From Octopus vulgaris (taxonomy: Eukaryota): a stretch of 64,000 nt of DNA. Made by a program: the position numbers and the translations under genes. Shown here one piece after another: positions 1-14,880 of this stretch (position 1 is the stretch's first letter; each line of letters begins with the position of its first letter). The notes beneath the pieces were generated by a model, which did no database searches, was not told the DNA's origin, and saw only the letters and a program-made list of their open reading frames with translations. Location: assembly GCA_951406725.2 (NCBI GenBank), contig OX597821.1, forward strand, positions 89,838,001-89,902,000. The letters are read 5' to 3'.

Positions 1-1314
1 AAATTATGTTATATTTTTTTACCCAAATTTCCTGGGCCATTAAGGAATCAGAACCAATACTCCACATCACCATCATCTACGTATTCTATGATGCTGTCAA
101 AAGGATAACATTGCAGCTCATTTACCTTTGTATAATAACATCTACACAGCAGTATTCTCAGAATGAACTTCATTTTTATCATTACTAAAAATTGGCACAC
201 ATTCAGTGATTCCTAAGTTATAGCAGCATATAATATAAATAATGAGCATTTGTTGAATGTCATGTAGTGAACTGCTGTATGCTTCTCCATTTGTTTTACC
301 TTCTGCTTTGAAATCCTGAATAAAGTACTACCGGAACTATTGAAATAGCAGCAGATCACTCAATCTATCTGGACTACTTTTGCAGGCAAACATTTCTTTT
401 ATTTAGAAGGCATTTTAACTTCAGTCACTTCTTATATACATCAAACCCATTCTTCATCATTATTTAGCAGCCTTGTAAATATTGTGAACATTGCCATTGT
501 GCAAATGTTCTCAAAGTGTGTAGATTATTTTACATGATATATTAAACTGACATAGAAATTACCGTCTCATTTAGATGTCATGTATGCTTTCCAGAGATTA
601 TTTCTATTTCCTCTCTGCATTCTCTGTTTCCCTGCTTTTGTTTTCCTTCAATTTCAGAGAAGCTCTTGTGCACTGCAGTCCCATTTAGAATGAACCATGT
701 TCTGAATGAAGTGCTTCTATTTTTACCACAGTGAACTACTTCTCTGTCACCACTTTCTTGAAAGTAAGCAAGTAAGTCAGCCATGATATACTAGAGGATG
801 AATCGCCACATATGATCTATTAAACATTTTGTATTCCAGCACCTTTCACACTACTTATGGAGAACTGATGTAATGACTATATATATGTACTGCATTCTTG
901 CATAATAGGTGAAAACATTGAGTTCTTGTATTTGCATCAGCACACAGCTTTATCCTTTGTCAATATACTTGAAGATGTATTTCACAAAGGGTATGGGAAA
1001 ATGAATGAAAGAGTTGCATTTAAATGAGAGATGTTTGTTGTGAACTTAACATACTAGAATCCTTCTATAGAATGGTTTTCCTTCAACCTCAACTGTTATG
1101 TTGACACTGGAGACTTCAGGAAATTCTTGGTGCATTTACTGTTCTGATTCACTACAATGGGTTTTACTTCAGATCCAAGAATTTAACATTCTGTTTTACA
1201 AGTGTTGTAGAGATTTGGCTCTGTTACTGGGTTAGGAGACCTTGCACACATAAACTAAGCAATATTTGAGAGAGAAACAGAGAGCGAGAGAGAAAATAAA
1301 AGCAAAAGAAAGAA

Positions 1315-1679
1315 TAACCAACCACATGGTTCCGGGTTCAGTCCCACTGCGTGGCATCTTGGGCAAGTGTCTTCTGCTATAGCCCCGGGCCGACCAATGC
1401 CTTGTGAGTGGATTTGGTAGACGGAAACTGAAAGAAGCCTGTCGTATATATGTATATATATATATGTGTATGTGTGTGTGTGTTTGTCCTCCTAGCATTG
1501 CTTGACAACCGATGCTGGTGTGTTTACGTCCCCGTCACTTAGCGGTTCGGCAAAAGAGACTGATAGAATAAGTACTAGGCTTACAAAGAATAAGTCCCGA
1601 GGTCGATTTGCTCGACTAAAGGCGGTGCTACAGCATGGCTGCAGTCAAATGACTGAAACAAGTAAAAGAGTAAAGAGTA
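1315..1679 (+). mobile_element. tRNA-derived SINE family A, 5'-truncated copy
   Basis: B-box-like GGTTCAGTCCC, CTTGGGCAAGTGTCTT core, internal (TA)(TG) tract, conserved 3' half ending in AAGTAAAAGAGT repeats; about 22 copies in window. Confidence 0.9.
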
Positions 1680-2081
1680 TAGTGAGTGAGATGCATTCCA
1701 GTTATGACATCCATATTTTTCCCTATGTGTATGAACACAGGACTACATTATCTAATATGTCCTTCGATAAGACACAAAGGAGGTGAATTAATGAAGACTC
1801 AGCTGATATTTTTTGCCAGTCAAGAATGACATTATAGCTCTACCTATTCAACAAACCTTGTTGATAACAGTAAAGCATTTAATATGATGTTAGAAAAGAC
1901 AAGAAAGTGCTTAAGAATAATTAGCAACTTGTCTATCTGGCTTACAGAAAGGGCACTTGCAGACAGCTTCTTTGCTTTTTTTCCTTATTGAAAAGGTTTT
2001 ACACCTAATGTTTTATAAGCTTTTATTTATAGTAGAAATTACCTTGGGGAACATCATTAGTCAAATATTATTTAGATATAT

Positions 2082-2510
2082 AGGTGTAGGAGTGGCTGTG
2101 TGGTAAGTAGCTTTCTTACCACATAGTTCCGGGTTCAGTCCCACTGCATGGCACCTTGGGCAGGTGTCTTCTACTATAGCTTCGGGTCGACCAAAACCTT
2201 GTGAGAGGATTTGGTAGAAAGAAACTGAAAGAAGCCCATCGTATATGTGTGCATATATATATATATATGTACGTGTATGTATGTGTGTGTTTATATGTTT
2301 GCATGTCTGTTTTTCCCCACCAACATTGCTTGACAACCAATGCTGGTGTGTATATGTGTGTATATGTTCCTGTAACTTAGTGCTTCAGCAAAAAGAGACG
2401 GATAGAATAAGTACTAGTCTTACAACGAATAAGTCCTGGGGTCGATTTGCTCGACTAAAGGCAGTGCTCCAGCATGGCCTCAGTCTAATGACTGAAACAA
2501 GTAAAAGAGT
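2082..2510 (+). mobile_element. SINE family A copy
   Basis: Head AGGAGTGGCTGTGTGGTAAG through GACTGAAACAAGTAAAAGAG tail. Confidence 0.9.
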
Positions 2511-2934
2511 ATGTCCTTGTGCTTTTTATATACATCTTTGTTTTGTTTACATACATATATAGTTGAAATTCCACAATTATTTTAAGAATTGTAATATTGT
2601 GGAAGGTCTGTAGAGAACAATGGCATTCATGATTTCTTTTGAAGTTATTTTTCATTAAGCATTTGGTTTTTGAGATGGTGTGAAGTTCACATGTATAGTA
2701 CTGAATGTTCAGTTTTAAAAGAGAACATCTTTGAAAACTATATTCTTCATTTTGCACTTGTCAACTCCTCTACTTCAAGAGCTTTTATTACATCTATTAT
2801 TCAAACAATTGCCTATGAAAAAATGCTTCTCTATTTTCCATATTGACTATGCTTTCATAATTACTGAAAAAGTGTTGGAAGAATAATTCATGTAGAAAAC
2901 ACTTTGTTTAAACGTATAACCATGGAAGGAAATT

Positions 2935-3303
2935 TAGGAGGTAAAAGCACCATCCGTTCATGGCCGTTTGCCAGCTCTGTCTGGCCCCGTGTCGGTGGCA
3001 TGTAAAAGCACCATCCGTTCGTGTCTGTTGCCAGCATCGCCTGGCCCTGTGCCAGTGACACGTAAAAGCACCATCCGTTCGTGGCCGTTTTTCAGCTCTG
3101 TCTGGCACCTGTGCAGGTGGCACGTAAAAAACACCTACTACACTCATGGAGTGGTTGGCGTTAGGAAGGGCATCCAGCCGTAGAAACACTGCCAGATCTG
3201 ACTGGGCCTGACGAAGCCTTCCAGCTTCACAGACCCCAGTTGAACCGTCCAACCCATGCTAGCATGGAAAGCGGACGCTAAATGATGATGATGATGATGA
3301 TGA
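2935..3303 (+). mobile_element. Retroposon family C with internal tandem array and (ATG)n tail
   Basis: About 61-bp units containing GTAAAAGCACCATCCGTTC, then GGCGTTAGGAAGGGCATCCAGC...CCAACCCATGCTAGCATGGAAAGCGGACG and (TGA)n; homologous to 5107, 14480 and 35300 copies. Confidence 0.8.
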
Positions 3304-5106
3304 ATCTAGTATAATCTTTTACAAATATGATAATTGTAGGTAACATTTAAAAGAAAATTTTATATGCCGTAATACATTTCATAAAATCTATACTCATGGC
3401 AAAATTTGAACCCACTATTTTAGTAAGACTTGCTGCTTGTTATTCTACCTCCTACTGTACCTATTTGTTGACTATTAATTAAATTTACTACTATTACTTT
3501 GTAGTTTCAGTAATTTACTTTTTCTGTTATATTTGTTTTTTTCATTTCGCTATTTATCCCCTCTGTTGATATATTCTTTCTCATCTTCTGTATCTTTACT
3601 TCACCATTTTAACTTTTATTTTTGAGAAAATTCTAAGCCCTTTTCTTTTACTTAAATGCTTTACTTCGATAACTTTCTATATTCACTTTAACTTTTACAT
3701 TCCCTGTTAATTTACCACTAAACTTACTCTGTTATTTAACCTTATTAGGATTGTTTTCATATTTTCTTTAGCTAATTAAATTTAATCTATAATTTACCTG
3801 CCTTTACCAATAATTACCCTTTCTTATTTTTATCTGTATTAATTCTATCACGCTTCCATTTCTCTACTCCATCCTGCCACTCCCTTTTAATCCTATATTA
3901 AGGTTTGAATTTTAATTGGAAAAAGGTAAAATATAATTTTTTTATGCAGTTCATTCCTTCATTTCTTGCAGTGTTTCATTTTGCCTTCTCATTTATGTAA
4001 CTTCTTACAGTTCCTGGATGCATTAATATTTTTAAATATTTATGTTATACATAAACAATTTTCACTTTCCAATACTTTTTTCATTATTTATTTTCCCAAA
4101 ATGAAATAGTTTAATCCTCTACTTAATTATTTAGCACCTTTAGCATATATACAACACTCTTTGAATGTACACGCTTTTATTTTTCTTCCTTACCGAACCA
4201 ATTCACATTTTCATGTTTTACTCTTTTATGATAATAAATTTTTATTAAACTGTTTAATGTTTAGCCTTTACTTCAAGTCTTGCGTTCTCTTCATCTTCCT
4301 CACCAACACATTTCTAAAACTTGCTTGTGAAAAACATCTTTTTTTTCTCTCAAAACTAAGGAAATAATGAAGGAAGTTCTTGATATTTTTTTGGATAAAT
4401 AAAGTGAAAAAATAATCTGCATGTGTTAAAATCAACAAATGTTTGTTTTTTTATTTCTTTTTGAATAAATCTATTATGACTGATCGATAGGAAATAAAGT
4501 TGTTACAAAGTTCAAATTACACTTAAGTGTGTATGCTTAAATGTATTGTAATAAACTCAGGCTTTTTACAGAGCATTCACAGCATGCCGTAGACAAAAGT
4601 CAGGAAAAAAGATATGGTATGACATGAGCATAGAATAAAATGCACATTTGTGAATACGGCAGTATGTATGTCATTGTCTCTTTCTCATAATAAGTGAATG
4701 TTTATATAGCTGCATACACGTATGAGCATTTGTCGTCTGCTGACGCTGAAAGAAAGAGGGGACTGAGAGAGAAAGGGAGAGAGAGTCTAACTCATGTTAG
4801 TATGGAAAAATAGATGTAAAACAGAAAACGCCATACACACAGACACACACACACAGACACACACAGAAATACACAACAATTAATAGAAATTCCTAAATGT
4901 TGTTTCTTCATTATTGAATTGTGAATGTAAAGTGCTGGACAAACAAGAGCAAATAGCTTAGAAATGTTCAAAGTATATCTATTCTTTATAAATAATCATA
5001 CATAATTTGAATAAACCATTCTTAACCATTCCTACCTATATACGTACAACTAAACTCATCTTGCTTACCCATATATCTATTCATTTAAATTCGGTTTTCT
5101 GTTTTG

Positions 5107-5623
5107 CATTCTTTTTCCGAAGACCTGTTGAGGCAAGTGAAATCGAAATCGAATTCAAATTCAATGGCTGGCATCTGTGCCAGTGGAGCGCTAAGAGCAC
5201 CATCCGAGTGTGATCGTTGCCAGAGCAACAAACTGGCTTCCATGCCGGTGGTATGTAAAAAGCACCATTCGAGCATGATTGTTACCAGCGTCACCTTACT
5301 GGCACTTGTGCTGGTGGCACATGAAAAAACATTTGAGCAAGATCATTGCCAATGCTGCTGGACTGGCTCCTGTGCAGGTGGCACATAACAAAACACCATT
5401 TGAGTGTGGCTGTTGCCAGTATCGTCTTACTGGCCCTCGTGCCGGTGGCACATAAAAGCACCTACTACACTCTCAGAGTAGTTGGCATAAGGAAAGGCAT
5501 CCAGCTGTAAAAACTCTGCCAGATCAGATTAAAGTCTGGTGCAGCCATTTGGTTTGCCAGTCCTCAGTCAAATCGTCCAACCCATGCCAGCATTGAAAGT
5601 GGACGTTAAACGATGATGATGAT
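5107..5623 (+). mobile_element. Retroposon family C copy
   Basis: Repeated AAAAGCACC units, same 3' segment and (TGA)n tail. Confidence 0.75.
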
Positions 5624-5667
5624 GTGTATTTCTTATTAGTCTTATAAGACTCACATTTTTTAAATAA

Positions 5668-6084
5668 CTCTTACTCTCTTTTACTCTTTTACTTGTTTCA
5701 GTCATTTGATTGCGGCCATGCTGGAGCACTGCCTTTAGTCGAGCAAATCGACCCCGGGACTTATTCTTTGTAAGCCTAGTACTTATTCTGTCGGTCTCTT
5801 TTGCCGAACCGCTAAGTGACGGGGACGTAAACACACCAGCATCGGTTGTCAAGCAATGCTAGGGGGACAAACACAGACACACAAACATATACACACACAC
5901 TTATACATATATACATATATACGACAGGCTTCTTTCAGTTTCCATCTACCAAATCCACTCACAAGGCATTGGTCGGCCCGGGGCTATAGCAGAAGACACT
6001 TGCCCAAGATGCCACGCAGTGGGACTGAACCCAGAATGATGAGGTTGGTTAGCAAGCTACTTACCACACAGCCACTCCTGCGCC
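5668..6084 (-). mobile_element. SINE family A copy
   Basis: Reverse complement of full family A sequence. Confidence 0.9.
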
Positions 6085-6396
6085 TTTGTTTTTTCTTTAT
6101 ATTTTCCCCTTACATTTACTGATCCTAATCACAAATTATTGCCTATATTTCTCGATGTATCTCGATGTAACTCTGACGGTATCTACTAAGTTCATAATTA
6201 TCTATTTCCTTATCAATCTTGCATTATCTATTTGCATAAACTCAGCATTCTCGTGCATTTTATTACAACTTGCCCTAATATTTTTATCTCTTGTTTCCAA
6301 CCTACTAACACCATCATATCTCTAATACTAAACACTCAATTATATATTCATATCATCAATATTTTATCCTAACACCATAGTGTGAACAGATGTGTG

Positions 6397-7042
<646 letters not shown>

Positions 7043-7207
7043 TTCATATTCTTCCTTACACCCAGATAATTTTTCTAGCTAATTAATATTATTTATATTA
7101 TTCTTATCATTACCGTCAGTATCATTTGTATTACACTTACCAATACTATTATTAATTCCAATATCATTACATTTTATCTTCATAATCATTATTTTCATTA
7201 TTGCTAT

Positions 7208-7710
7208 CTTCCTCTTCCTCCTCCTCTCTTCCACTTCCCCCTCCTCACTTCCTCTTCCTCCTCCTCTCTTCCACTTCCCCCTCCTCACTTCCTCTTCCTC
7301 CTCCTCCTCTCTTACTCTTCCCCTCTTACTCTTACTCTCTTCTCCCCTTTTCCCCTTCCTCTTCCTCTTCCTTTCCTTTTCTTCCACTTCCCCTCTTACT
7401 CATCCTCCTCTCTTCTCTTACTCTTCCTCTCTTCTCCCCTCTTCCCCTTCCTCTTCCTCTTCCTCTCTTTTTCTTCCACTTCCCCTCTTACACTTCTCCT
7501 TCCACTTCCTCTCTTACACTTCCTCTCTTCCTCTTCCTCTTCCCCTCTTCCCCACTTCCTCCTCCCCACTTCCTCTTCTTCTTTACCTCTTACTCTTACT
7601 CTTCCTCTTCCTCTCTTCCTCTTCCTCTCTTCCTCTTCCCCTCTTCCTCTTCCCCTCTTACACTTCCTCTTCCCTCTTACACTTCCCCTTCCACCTCCCC
7701 TCCTCCTCTT
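7208..7710. repeat. Polypyrimidine (CTTCCT-like) low-complexity array
   Basis: Almost only C/T on + strand, with degenerate CTTCCT/CCACTTCCCCT units. Confidence 0.9.
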
Positions 7711-8276
7711 CATTGTTGTTTTTGTCGTCATCATCTTCATTGTTGTTATCTTCATTATCATAACCATCATCTTCCTTGTTATGATTGCTGACTACTATTA
7801 CTACTACTACTACTACACTACTACTACTACTACTGATATTATTATTAATCTTAATTTTATGATCATGACTAGTACAGCAAAAGGTTTTTCTAAATTTTTT
7901 TCACTTCTTAGAAATAAACAGTGTTATTTTATAAGCAAACCTGTATTAGTGTAACTTCTCAATGACTGGAAGCTTAGATTTATTTTCGAGAATATCACAT
8001 GAGTTTAATTACCAAATATTTATGTGAATACTTCAAGTCTTTTTTGCTTTACAAATTAGCATTCTTTGATTAATTCATATTCAATTGCACTAGTTACCTG
8101 TTGGCTACATTTTTAATTGCTTTCTATAAGAAATGATAGAGAGTTAATAAACAGAACAGAAAATTTTACACATACATATGCATATATATATATATATATA
8201 TATTCACATACATTATGTGGATATACATACACACCTATACACACACACACACACATATATATATATATGTAGTAGA

Positions 8277-8646
8277 GGCACAATGGCCCAGTGGTTAGGG
8301 CAGTGAACTCGTGGTTGTGGGATTGCAGTGTCGATTTCCAGACCGGGCGTTGTGAATGTTTATTGAACAAAAATACCTAAAGTTCCACGAGGCTCCAGCA
8401 GGTGGTGGTGGCAAACCCTGCTGTATCTTTCACCCCAGCTTTCTCTCATTCTTTTTTCCTGCTTCTGTTGTACCTGTATTTCAAAGGGCCAGCCTTGTCA
8501 CACACAGTGTCATGCTGAATCTCCCTGAGAACTATGTTAAGGGTATGTATGTCTGTGGAGTGCTCAGCCACTTGCACATTAATTACATTAGCTGGCTGTT
8601 CTACTGATTGGATCGACTGGAACCCTCGTCGTCACAACCAATGGAG

Positions 8647-8652
<6 letters not shown>
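8277..8652 (+). mobile_element. tRNA-headed SINE (family F)
   Basis: A-box-like TGGCCCAGTGGTTAGG, degenerate B box; the segment GGTGGTGGC-AACCCTGCTGTA...CTTTCTCTCA is shared with 40857-41040. Confidence 0.6.
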
Positions 8653-8700
<48 letters not shown>

Positions 8701-9007
8701 GGCGAGGGGAGATAGATAGATAGATAGATAGAAAGATAGACAGACAGACAGGTAGATAGATCAGTAGAAAGATAGATTTACACTTCCTTCAGATGATGTG
8801 ATTTCACAGCATGCATATTTCACTTATGTAAGGGGACTTTGTGACATTGCAATGTTTGATCTTATTGTGCACCCAGTCAGTAAACACTGTCTCATCAGAT
8901 CAATAAATCTAATTTGAGAGCAGGTCTTTGTTTATAGAAATCAGATATATTGCTGTCTGGAATCTCAGAGTTCTGCATGTACCTCATGAGTTTATTTATT
9001 TATATAT

Positions 9008-9410
9008 AGGAGTGGCTGTGTGGTAAGTAGCTTGCTAACCAACCACATGGTTCTGGGTTCAGTCCCACTGCGTGACATCTTGGGCAAGTGCCTTCTGCTA
9101 TAGCCCCGGGCCGACCAATGCCTTGTGAGTGGATTTGGTAGACGGAAACTGAAAGAAGCCTGTCGTATATATGAATATATATATATGTATGTGTGTGTGT
9201 GTTTGTGTGTCTGTGTTTGTCTCCTTAGCATTGCTTAACAACCGATACTGGTGTGTTTATGTTCCCGTCACTTAGCAGTTTGGCAAAAGAGACCGATAGA
9301 ATAAGTACTGGGCTTACAAAGAATAAGTCCCGGAGTCGATTTGCTCGGCTAAAGGCGGTGCTCCAGCATGGCCACAGTCAAATGACTGAAACATGTAAAA
9401 AAGAGAAAGA
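9008..9410 (+). mobile_element. SINE family A copy
   Basis: Full head, internal microsatellite, 3' tail. Confidence 0.9.
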
Positions 9411-9414
9411 GAGA

Positions 9415-9482
<68 letters not shown>

Positions 9483-9528
9483 ATAAATAACAAAGAAATT
9501 TCATTTAACAGTAAGAAAATTTAAATAT

Positions 9529-9677
9529 CACAACAAATTGTTTCGCAACTTAAGAACATGTAAATAATTTATATTATTATATTTAGTAATAAACAAATTA
9601 CTTACATGTTTGCATTAATGGATAATGCAAAAAAGATCTTTAAGAATAATATAGAAGTTAAGCTATGTCATCAGGTG
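9529..9677 (-). ncRNA. Type I hammerhead ribozyme motif with long branched stem II (PLE-type)
   Basis: Minus strand: CAC-CUGAUGA-cauagcuuaa...uuaaguugc-GAAAC-aauuu-GUU-GUG; stem I CAC/GUG; two internal hairpins in the stem II insertion. Confidence 0.55.
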
Positions 9678-12600
9678 TAAGAGAGTATGGTTATTGGTGG
9701 AAATGTGATACATGATCAGTAGACTCCGCTTCTAATATTTTAGTCACTCGAATTCTGATCTCTGATATTGTTTTCACATTGTTCTATTTAGAAAGAGAAC
9801 AAACAGGAGGCTTGCTACTATCTCCATCATGGTTAGGCAAAAATAAGCAAGAGAAAATTCCTTTTAAGCTCCTCTTTATATAACAAAACGTCAGAGAAAT
9901 TACTATTGTCTAATTAATCCAATAAAGCCACTAAAACGACACAGCGTTTATGTAAAATGTCACCTTCTTTGGAATGGGAATCAGTACAACAGCTTTCTTC
10001 TACAAATGCAAGAAAGCATTCTAAATCATTGCTTTCCCATCAATTTAAAGTCAAGTTTGTTGGGAGGGATGCAATCAATAAGCTTCAAAACGAAAATGGT
10101 ATTGAAAAGAGAGTGTCATACAAACATGCTAACAGGAATACACTATGCAGTAGATAATATGACTAAAGGACTGAGAGAAACATTCCAATTACAATTGCTA
10201 ATTACAAATGCAAATGATGTCTTCCAGTGTGCTGTTCAAGCGAACCTATGTTAAAAAAGATTTTAGTTACAGTTGTTCTTGCATTGGGTGAGAAACTATA
10301 AACCAAATAATGTTATATCTTAATTTCCTTTACTAATGATGTTGGTGGGCTACATATCTGGAGGGCATAGGTTATCTTACCTTTAATGCTTTTCTCATCA
10401 TATTCAACATGTTCTAAACACAAAGTTATATTCTTGGCACCCTACAGATAACGTTTAGCAAGGTTAACTGTTGAAAAGTTGATGTGTACTTTTGTACGAG
10501 TGAATTTTTGAGGTGAATATATAGGATGTACTTCTTGCAAATTAGCTCAGCAATAGTGTGCTATTGTACAAGTGAGTCTGTAAAAAGTATGCAGAGTGTG
10601 TTCTTTCATACAACTGAGTCAGCTGGAAGTCAGTACAGTATGTGCTCTCATTCCAGTGAAAATTTAGAATAAGAATGTGGAACAGAATTAACATTTTAGC
10701 TAACATGTGTATTTGGTGTATGTCCCTGACCCCCGTGTATTTTAATTAATTATGAATCTCAAGGTAAAAGGAATTGTTTACAGTAGAAAGATCTGTATTG
10801 TGAAAGCTACAGGAAACTAAGAAAAATGCTTCTTGTTTTTATCATTCTATGGCATAACCACATGAGCTGTGAGTTTCCACTGAAACGAATTAGCTTTGAA
10901 AACACATCTTGGCACTGTCGTATCACTACTGAACTACCCACTTTTGAATATAATGGTATCTGATGGTAGTCAGAAGTTGTATCTAGATTCATATGTCATA
11001 ATGGTGACAGCAGTGTTTGAGCACAAATTCAGAAAATTATGTAGATTTTGTTACAAACACATTGGTTTGACTGATAATAGCGGCCACCGGTACAGGGAGA
11101 TGAAGATAATATTGATGCACTTTAAATGTATGTTGTCAAATTATATCAAAATGCACCTATAAATGTTTACTGCACTATTTATTCATGTGTCACCAAGATA
11201 AAAAATAATACCGAGAGAGCTGACAACAGTAAAGTGTATATATATCTGATGTCCAATCACATTGGTGTCATCGACAAAATAAAATTCCCAAGATCTCAAT
11301 AATAAATTAAATATAACAGCTTTTCTTTATTTAATTTTTACCACAGTACAATCTATACTTTAATTCAAAGTAGTTCCACAACATGCGTTCTTCCAAAGGT
11401 TATGAAATAAAGGTTTAAATTAGTGCATGTTGAGAAAAAGTATAAGTTTCAAATTGCTCTAAGACAGAGGCAAAGTTTGCATAAAGATGTGCAACAGAGA
11501 TGGAGTATGAATGCGATTGTAAAATCTATATGTTACCAATAAGTTGTAAAAAACAGTGTTATGCATACATTCTTGTATTCAAGTTCATTTTTTATGTGAG
11601 GAGAGTAAAGGAGACATGTGCTTCTGTCTTGTAAATACAAGGCAAAAAGAACTGAAAGAAATTGCCTTAAATTCCATGTTAAGAATTTTTTGAGTTTCAT
11701 TATGTTGCCAAATGACTGAGTGAATATTGCTTACACATTGATCCAATAAAAATGGTAAAATGGTGAATGATTAGAATGTCACCTGTTGTATAATGGTCAC
11801 TAAACACACCTATGTATACATATAAGCGTATGCAAAGAAGCACTCATACATACACATGCATACACACACTTTCACATATATATTTTATTAAGGAAAAGTG
11901 TGTGGTGATGCAGTGAGAGGTCAAATGACATAAATGTAAAGAGATGAATGGATAGATTTAGTGATGAAAGACACCCATAGGTTGTTAGATAAGGAGACAG
12001 AGAGATAAAGAGAGTGGGGAAGGAGGAATAATTGACATATGTTTGAGAGAGGGGAAAGAGATATATATACACAAGAAAGCAGAGACAGGGAATGGTGGGG
12101 GGTGGGGGAAACTTGCAGTGTGTAAAAGGCAGACAGAAGGAGAGAAAGAGAGACATGTAGACAGTTAAAGAAAGAAAAAAGAAACATGTAGCGTTAAACA
12201 AGAACAGACATATAGACATAGGGAGAGAGAAAAAAAGAGAGGAGAGATAGAGATAGAGAGAGAGAGAGAGCAACAGGGGAATAATATATGAGGAACAAAA
12301 TAAAGAAAGTGGGAGATAAGGAGAAAAGAAGAGAACTGAGAATTATAAAGTGAATTCGATCTAAATTTAACTGTATTTTGAAGAGTCCATTAACCCAGTT
12401 CATTGCAATCAATATGAACATATACAAGAACAAAACAGACTAACAGACAGACAAACAAGAAAAGAAAGTAAGAAACCAACATTTATTAATTTTTCAGCAT
12501 TCCAAGAAAAAGTATGGTATTTTTGAAAAATTATATAAAACTGTCAAAGTCACAGAATGGCCCTTAGAAATATAAGATTGGTTCCTAATTTTCCATTTTT

Positions 12601-14479
12601 ATTTATAGAAATTCTTTAGAATTAGTGGAAAAGGATTAATCATGTTGGGAAGTTAGTTTTAAGCAAATGAAAACAGGAGAGAGAGAGAGAGAGAGAGAGA
12701 GGTAGAGAGAATGTAGAGAAATATATATGAAGACAGAGTAAGATATATATAAAGAGAGTCTGTTGTATTTTTCTTATTTATCTTTCATTTCTTGTTTGTT
12801 TCATTTTATCCATTATGGGAAGCAAGTGTGAGATTTATGGATTTATAAATAACAACAATATTCTAAATTTAGTCTGCAATAAATTGGATAAAATATGGTT
12901 TCTAATGGTTTATAAAGCAGTCTGCCATAAAAATAAAATAAAAATAAAAATAAGTTTCATGCATTGTTATAATTGTTGCTGTTGTTCTTCAGCCCCAGGT
13001 CAAACTTTATCCAGTAGGCCCATGATCAAAAATATTCCATTCATGGCTGTCCTGTCTTGGATATAATGATGAAGCCTCCAGAACAATATTATCTTATATA
13101 TGTTTCTCTTTTAGTTATTTCGTTTTTGGATTTGGTTTGCAAAATTCTTTATAAGAGTTCGTGTGTTGAAGCATATTCTGTTGTGTCTGGGGAGAGTCAT
13201 TTTCTTTTTGTGTCTTATAATTTAACACACTCACCGGTAAAATTTCCACTTATTTCTTATTTTTATTTTCCTAAAATTTTTGTTGCGTCTTGCAACCTTT
13301 TCAATAGTCTTGACTCTGTCCGTTATTTACACTGCGTTCCTTTTTGTTTGTTTGTGCACATGTTATATTTTTGTCAAATTTTAGAAACAGCAGTATATAA
13401 TTTCAAAAATTTTGCTTCTGTTTCTAGCATGGCGAGTTAAAAGAAAACAATACTGTGGTTAATTCATTTGAGTAAATACTCCTCAAGGTAGTGCCCCAGC
13501 ATGGCCACAATCTAATGATTTAAACAAGTAAAAAAAAAAGATGCTTTTAGATACTAAATTTGTTTTGTGTTTTTAATTTTTACTATTTTGATTAAACGTA
13601 TGATATATTTCATTGCTCTTCTACCAGGATACCTGCAGATGAACACTAACTGACATCACCTAAGGGTATCATCTGTACATGCTTGCTTCGTGCCATTTTC
13701 AACGTGACCTGGAAATATCAACTTGCCAAAGAAAGTCTGTGCAACGAGCTTCCAGAATTATTGGGTGGCATAAGAGAAATAAGGAGATGTTGGCTAGTGA
13801 CACCTTACATTGGATATTCTAACATGGTCATAATCGCATTAGCTGCCTCGTGAAGACATCTGTCATTCAGTTAACAGATGGCACTGGTTGCCACTGAGGG
13901 GCATTATTTCTCATCCAAGAAGATAAAGATGAGTTAAAGATCAGTCATACAACTCCAAGAAAGCTCAACCTGATGATGATGATGATGATGATTCCCAGGT
14001 TTAGCTAAAATTTTATTTGGTTTTGTCACATTTTTATTTGTGTTACAAATATGACGAGTGTTATTGCTTAATTCAAGGTTGACCCTTATCTAAAAGACCT
14101 CTCATGATAATTATTGCAGCTGTGAACATCCAGGAATTAGCATTTTCTTTTTTGGCACAGTGTATGCTCTGCACAGGAATGTATATATACATACATACAT
14201 ACATCGATTCGATTCATTTTGTTTTGTTTCGTTTCTTCTTCTTCTCTAAGCTGGTTTTTATACATATATATATATATATGTATATTTATATATGCATGTA
14301 TGTATATATATATATATGTGTGTGTGTGTTTATATGTATATATATATCTATACACATACACATATATATACATATATACACACACACATATATACAAATA
14401 TATATACATACATGCATATGTGTGTGTATGTGTATGTATATGAATATGTACTGAGATACCTGGTGCCTTGCTGAACTCA

Positions 14480-14880
14480 AGAAGACCCGTATTCCACAGC
14501 AGAAGTGTTAAGACCAGTCCCTCTGGTGGTGAAAAGCACTCATGATGGTTGGTTCTACATAAAAAGCATCTTTGTAATGTCATATAAAAGTGTCCATGCA
14601 GTTCCACATAAAAGCCTCCTTGTGGTGTCACATAAAAGCACCTGTATGGTGCCATATACAAGCACCCATGCAGAGTCATGTAAACTGTATGTGTAGTGCC
14701 ATGTGAAAGACCCGATCCTCTCTGTAAAATGGTTTGCGTTAGGAAGGGCATCAAGCTGTAGAAACGATGCCAAATCAGACTGGAGTCTGGTGCAGCTCCC
14801 CAGCTTGCCAGCTCTTATCAAACCATCCAACCCATGCCACCATGGACAACAGACGTGAAATGATGGTGGTGGTGATGATG
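14480..14880 (+). mobile_element. Retroposon family C copy
   Basis: About 30-bp tandem units with ATAAAAGCAC-like motif, then shared 3' segment. Confidence 0.7.

Noticed and set aside
2935-3130. CRISPR-like look of the repeated AAAAGCACC units
   Set aside because: The spacers are themselves homologous, the context is eukaryotic and there are no cas genes; this is a tandem array inside a retroposon
5110-5155. CCGAAGA...GAAAUCG at the start of a family C copy
   Set aside because: Unpaired CAAGU before GAAA and no stem I or NUH fit
9008-9080. tRNA genes at SINE heads
   Set aside because: A/B-box similarity only; each continues into the SINE body, so they are not standalone tRNA genes
10250-11100. 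Possible decayed Tc1/mariner transposase on the minus strand
   Set aside because: Only vague motif echoes, no TIRs found
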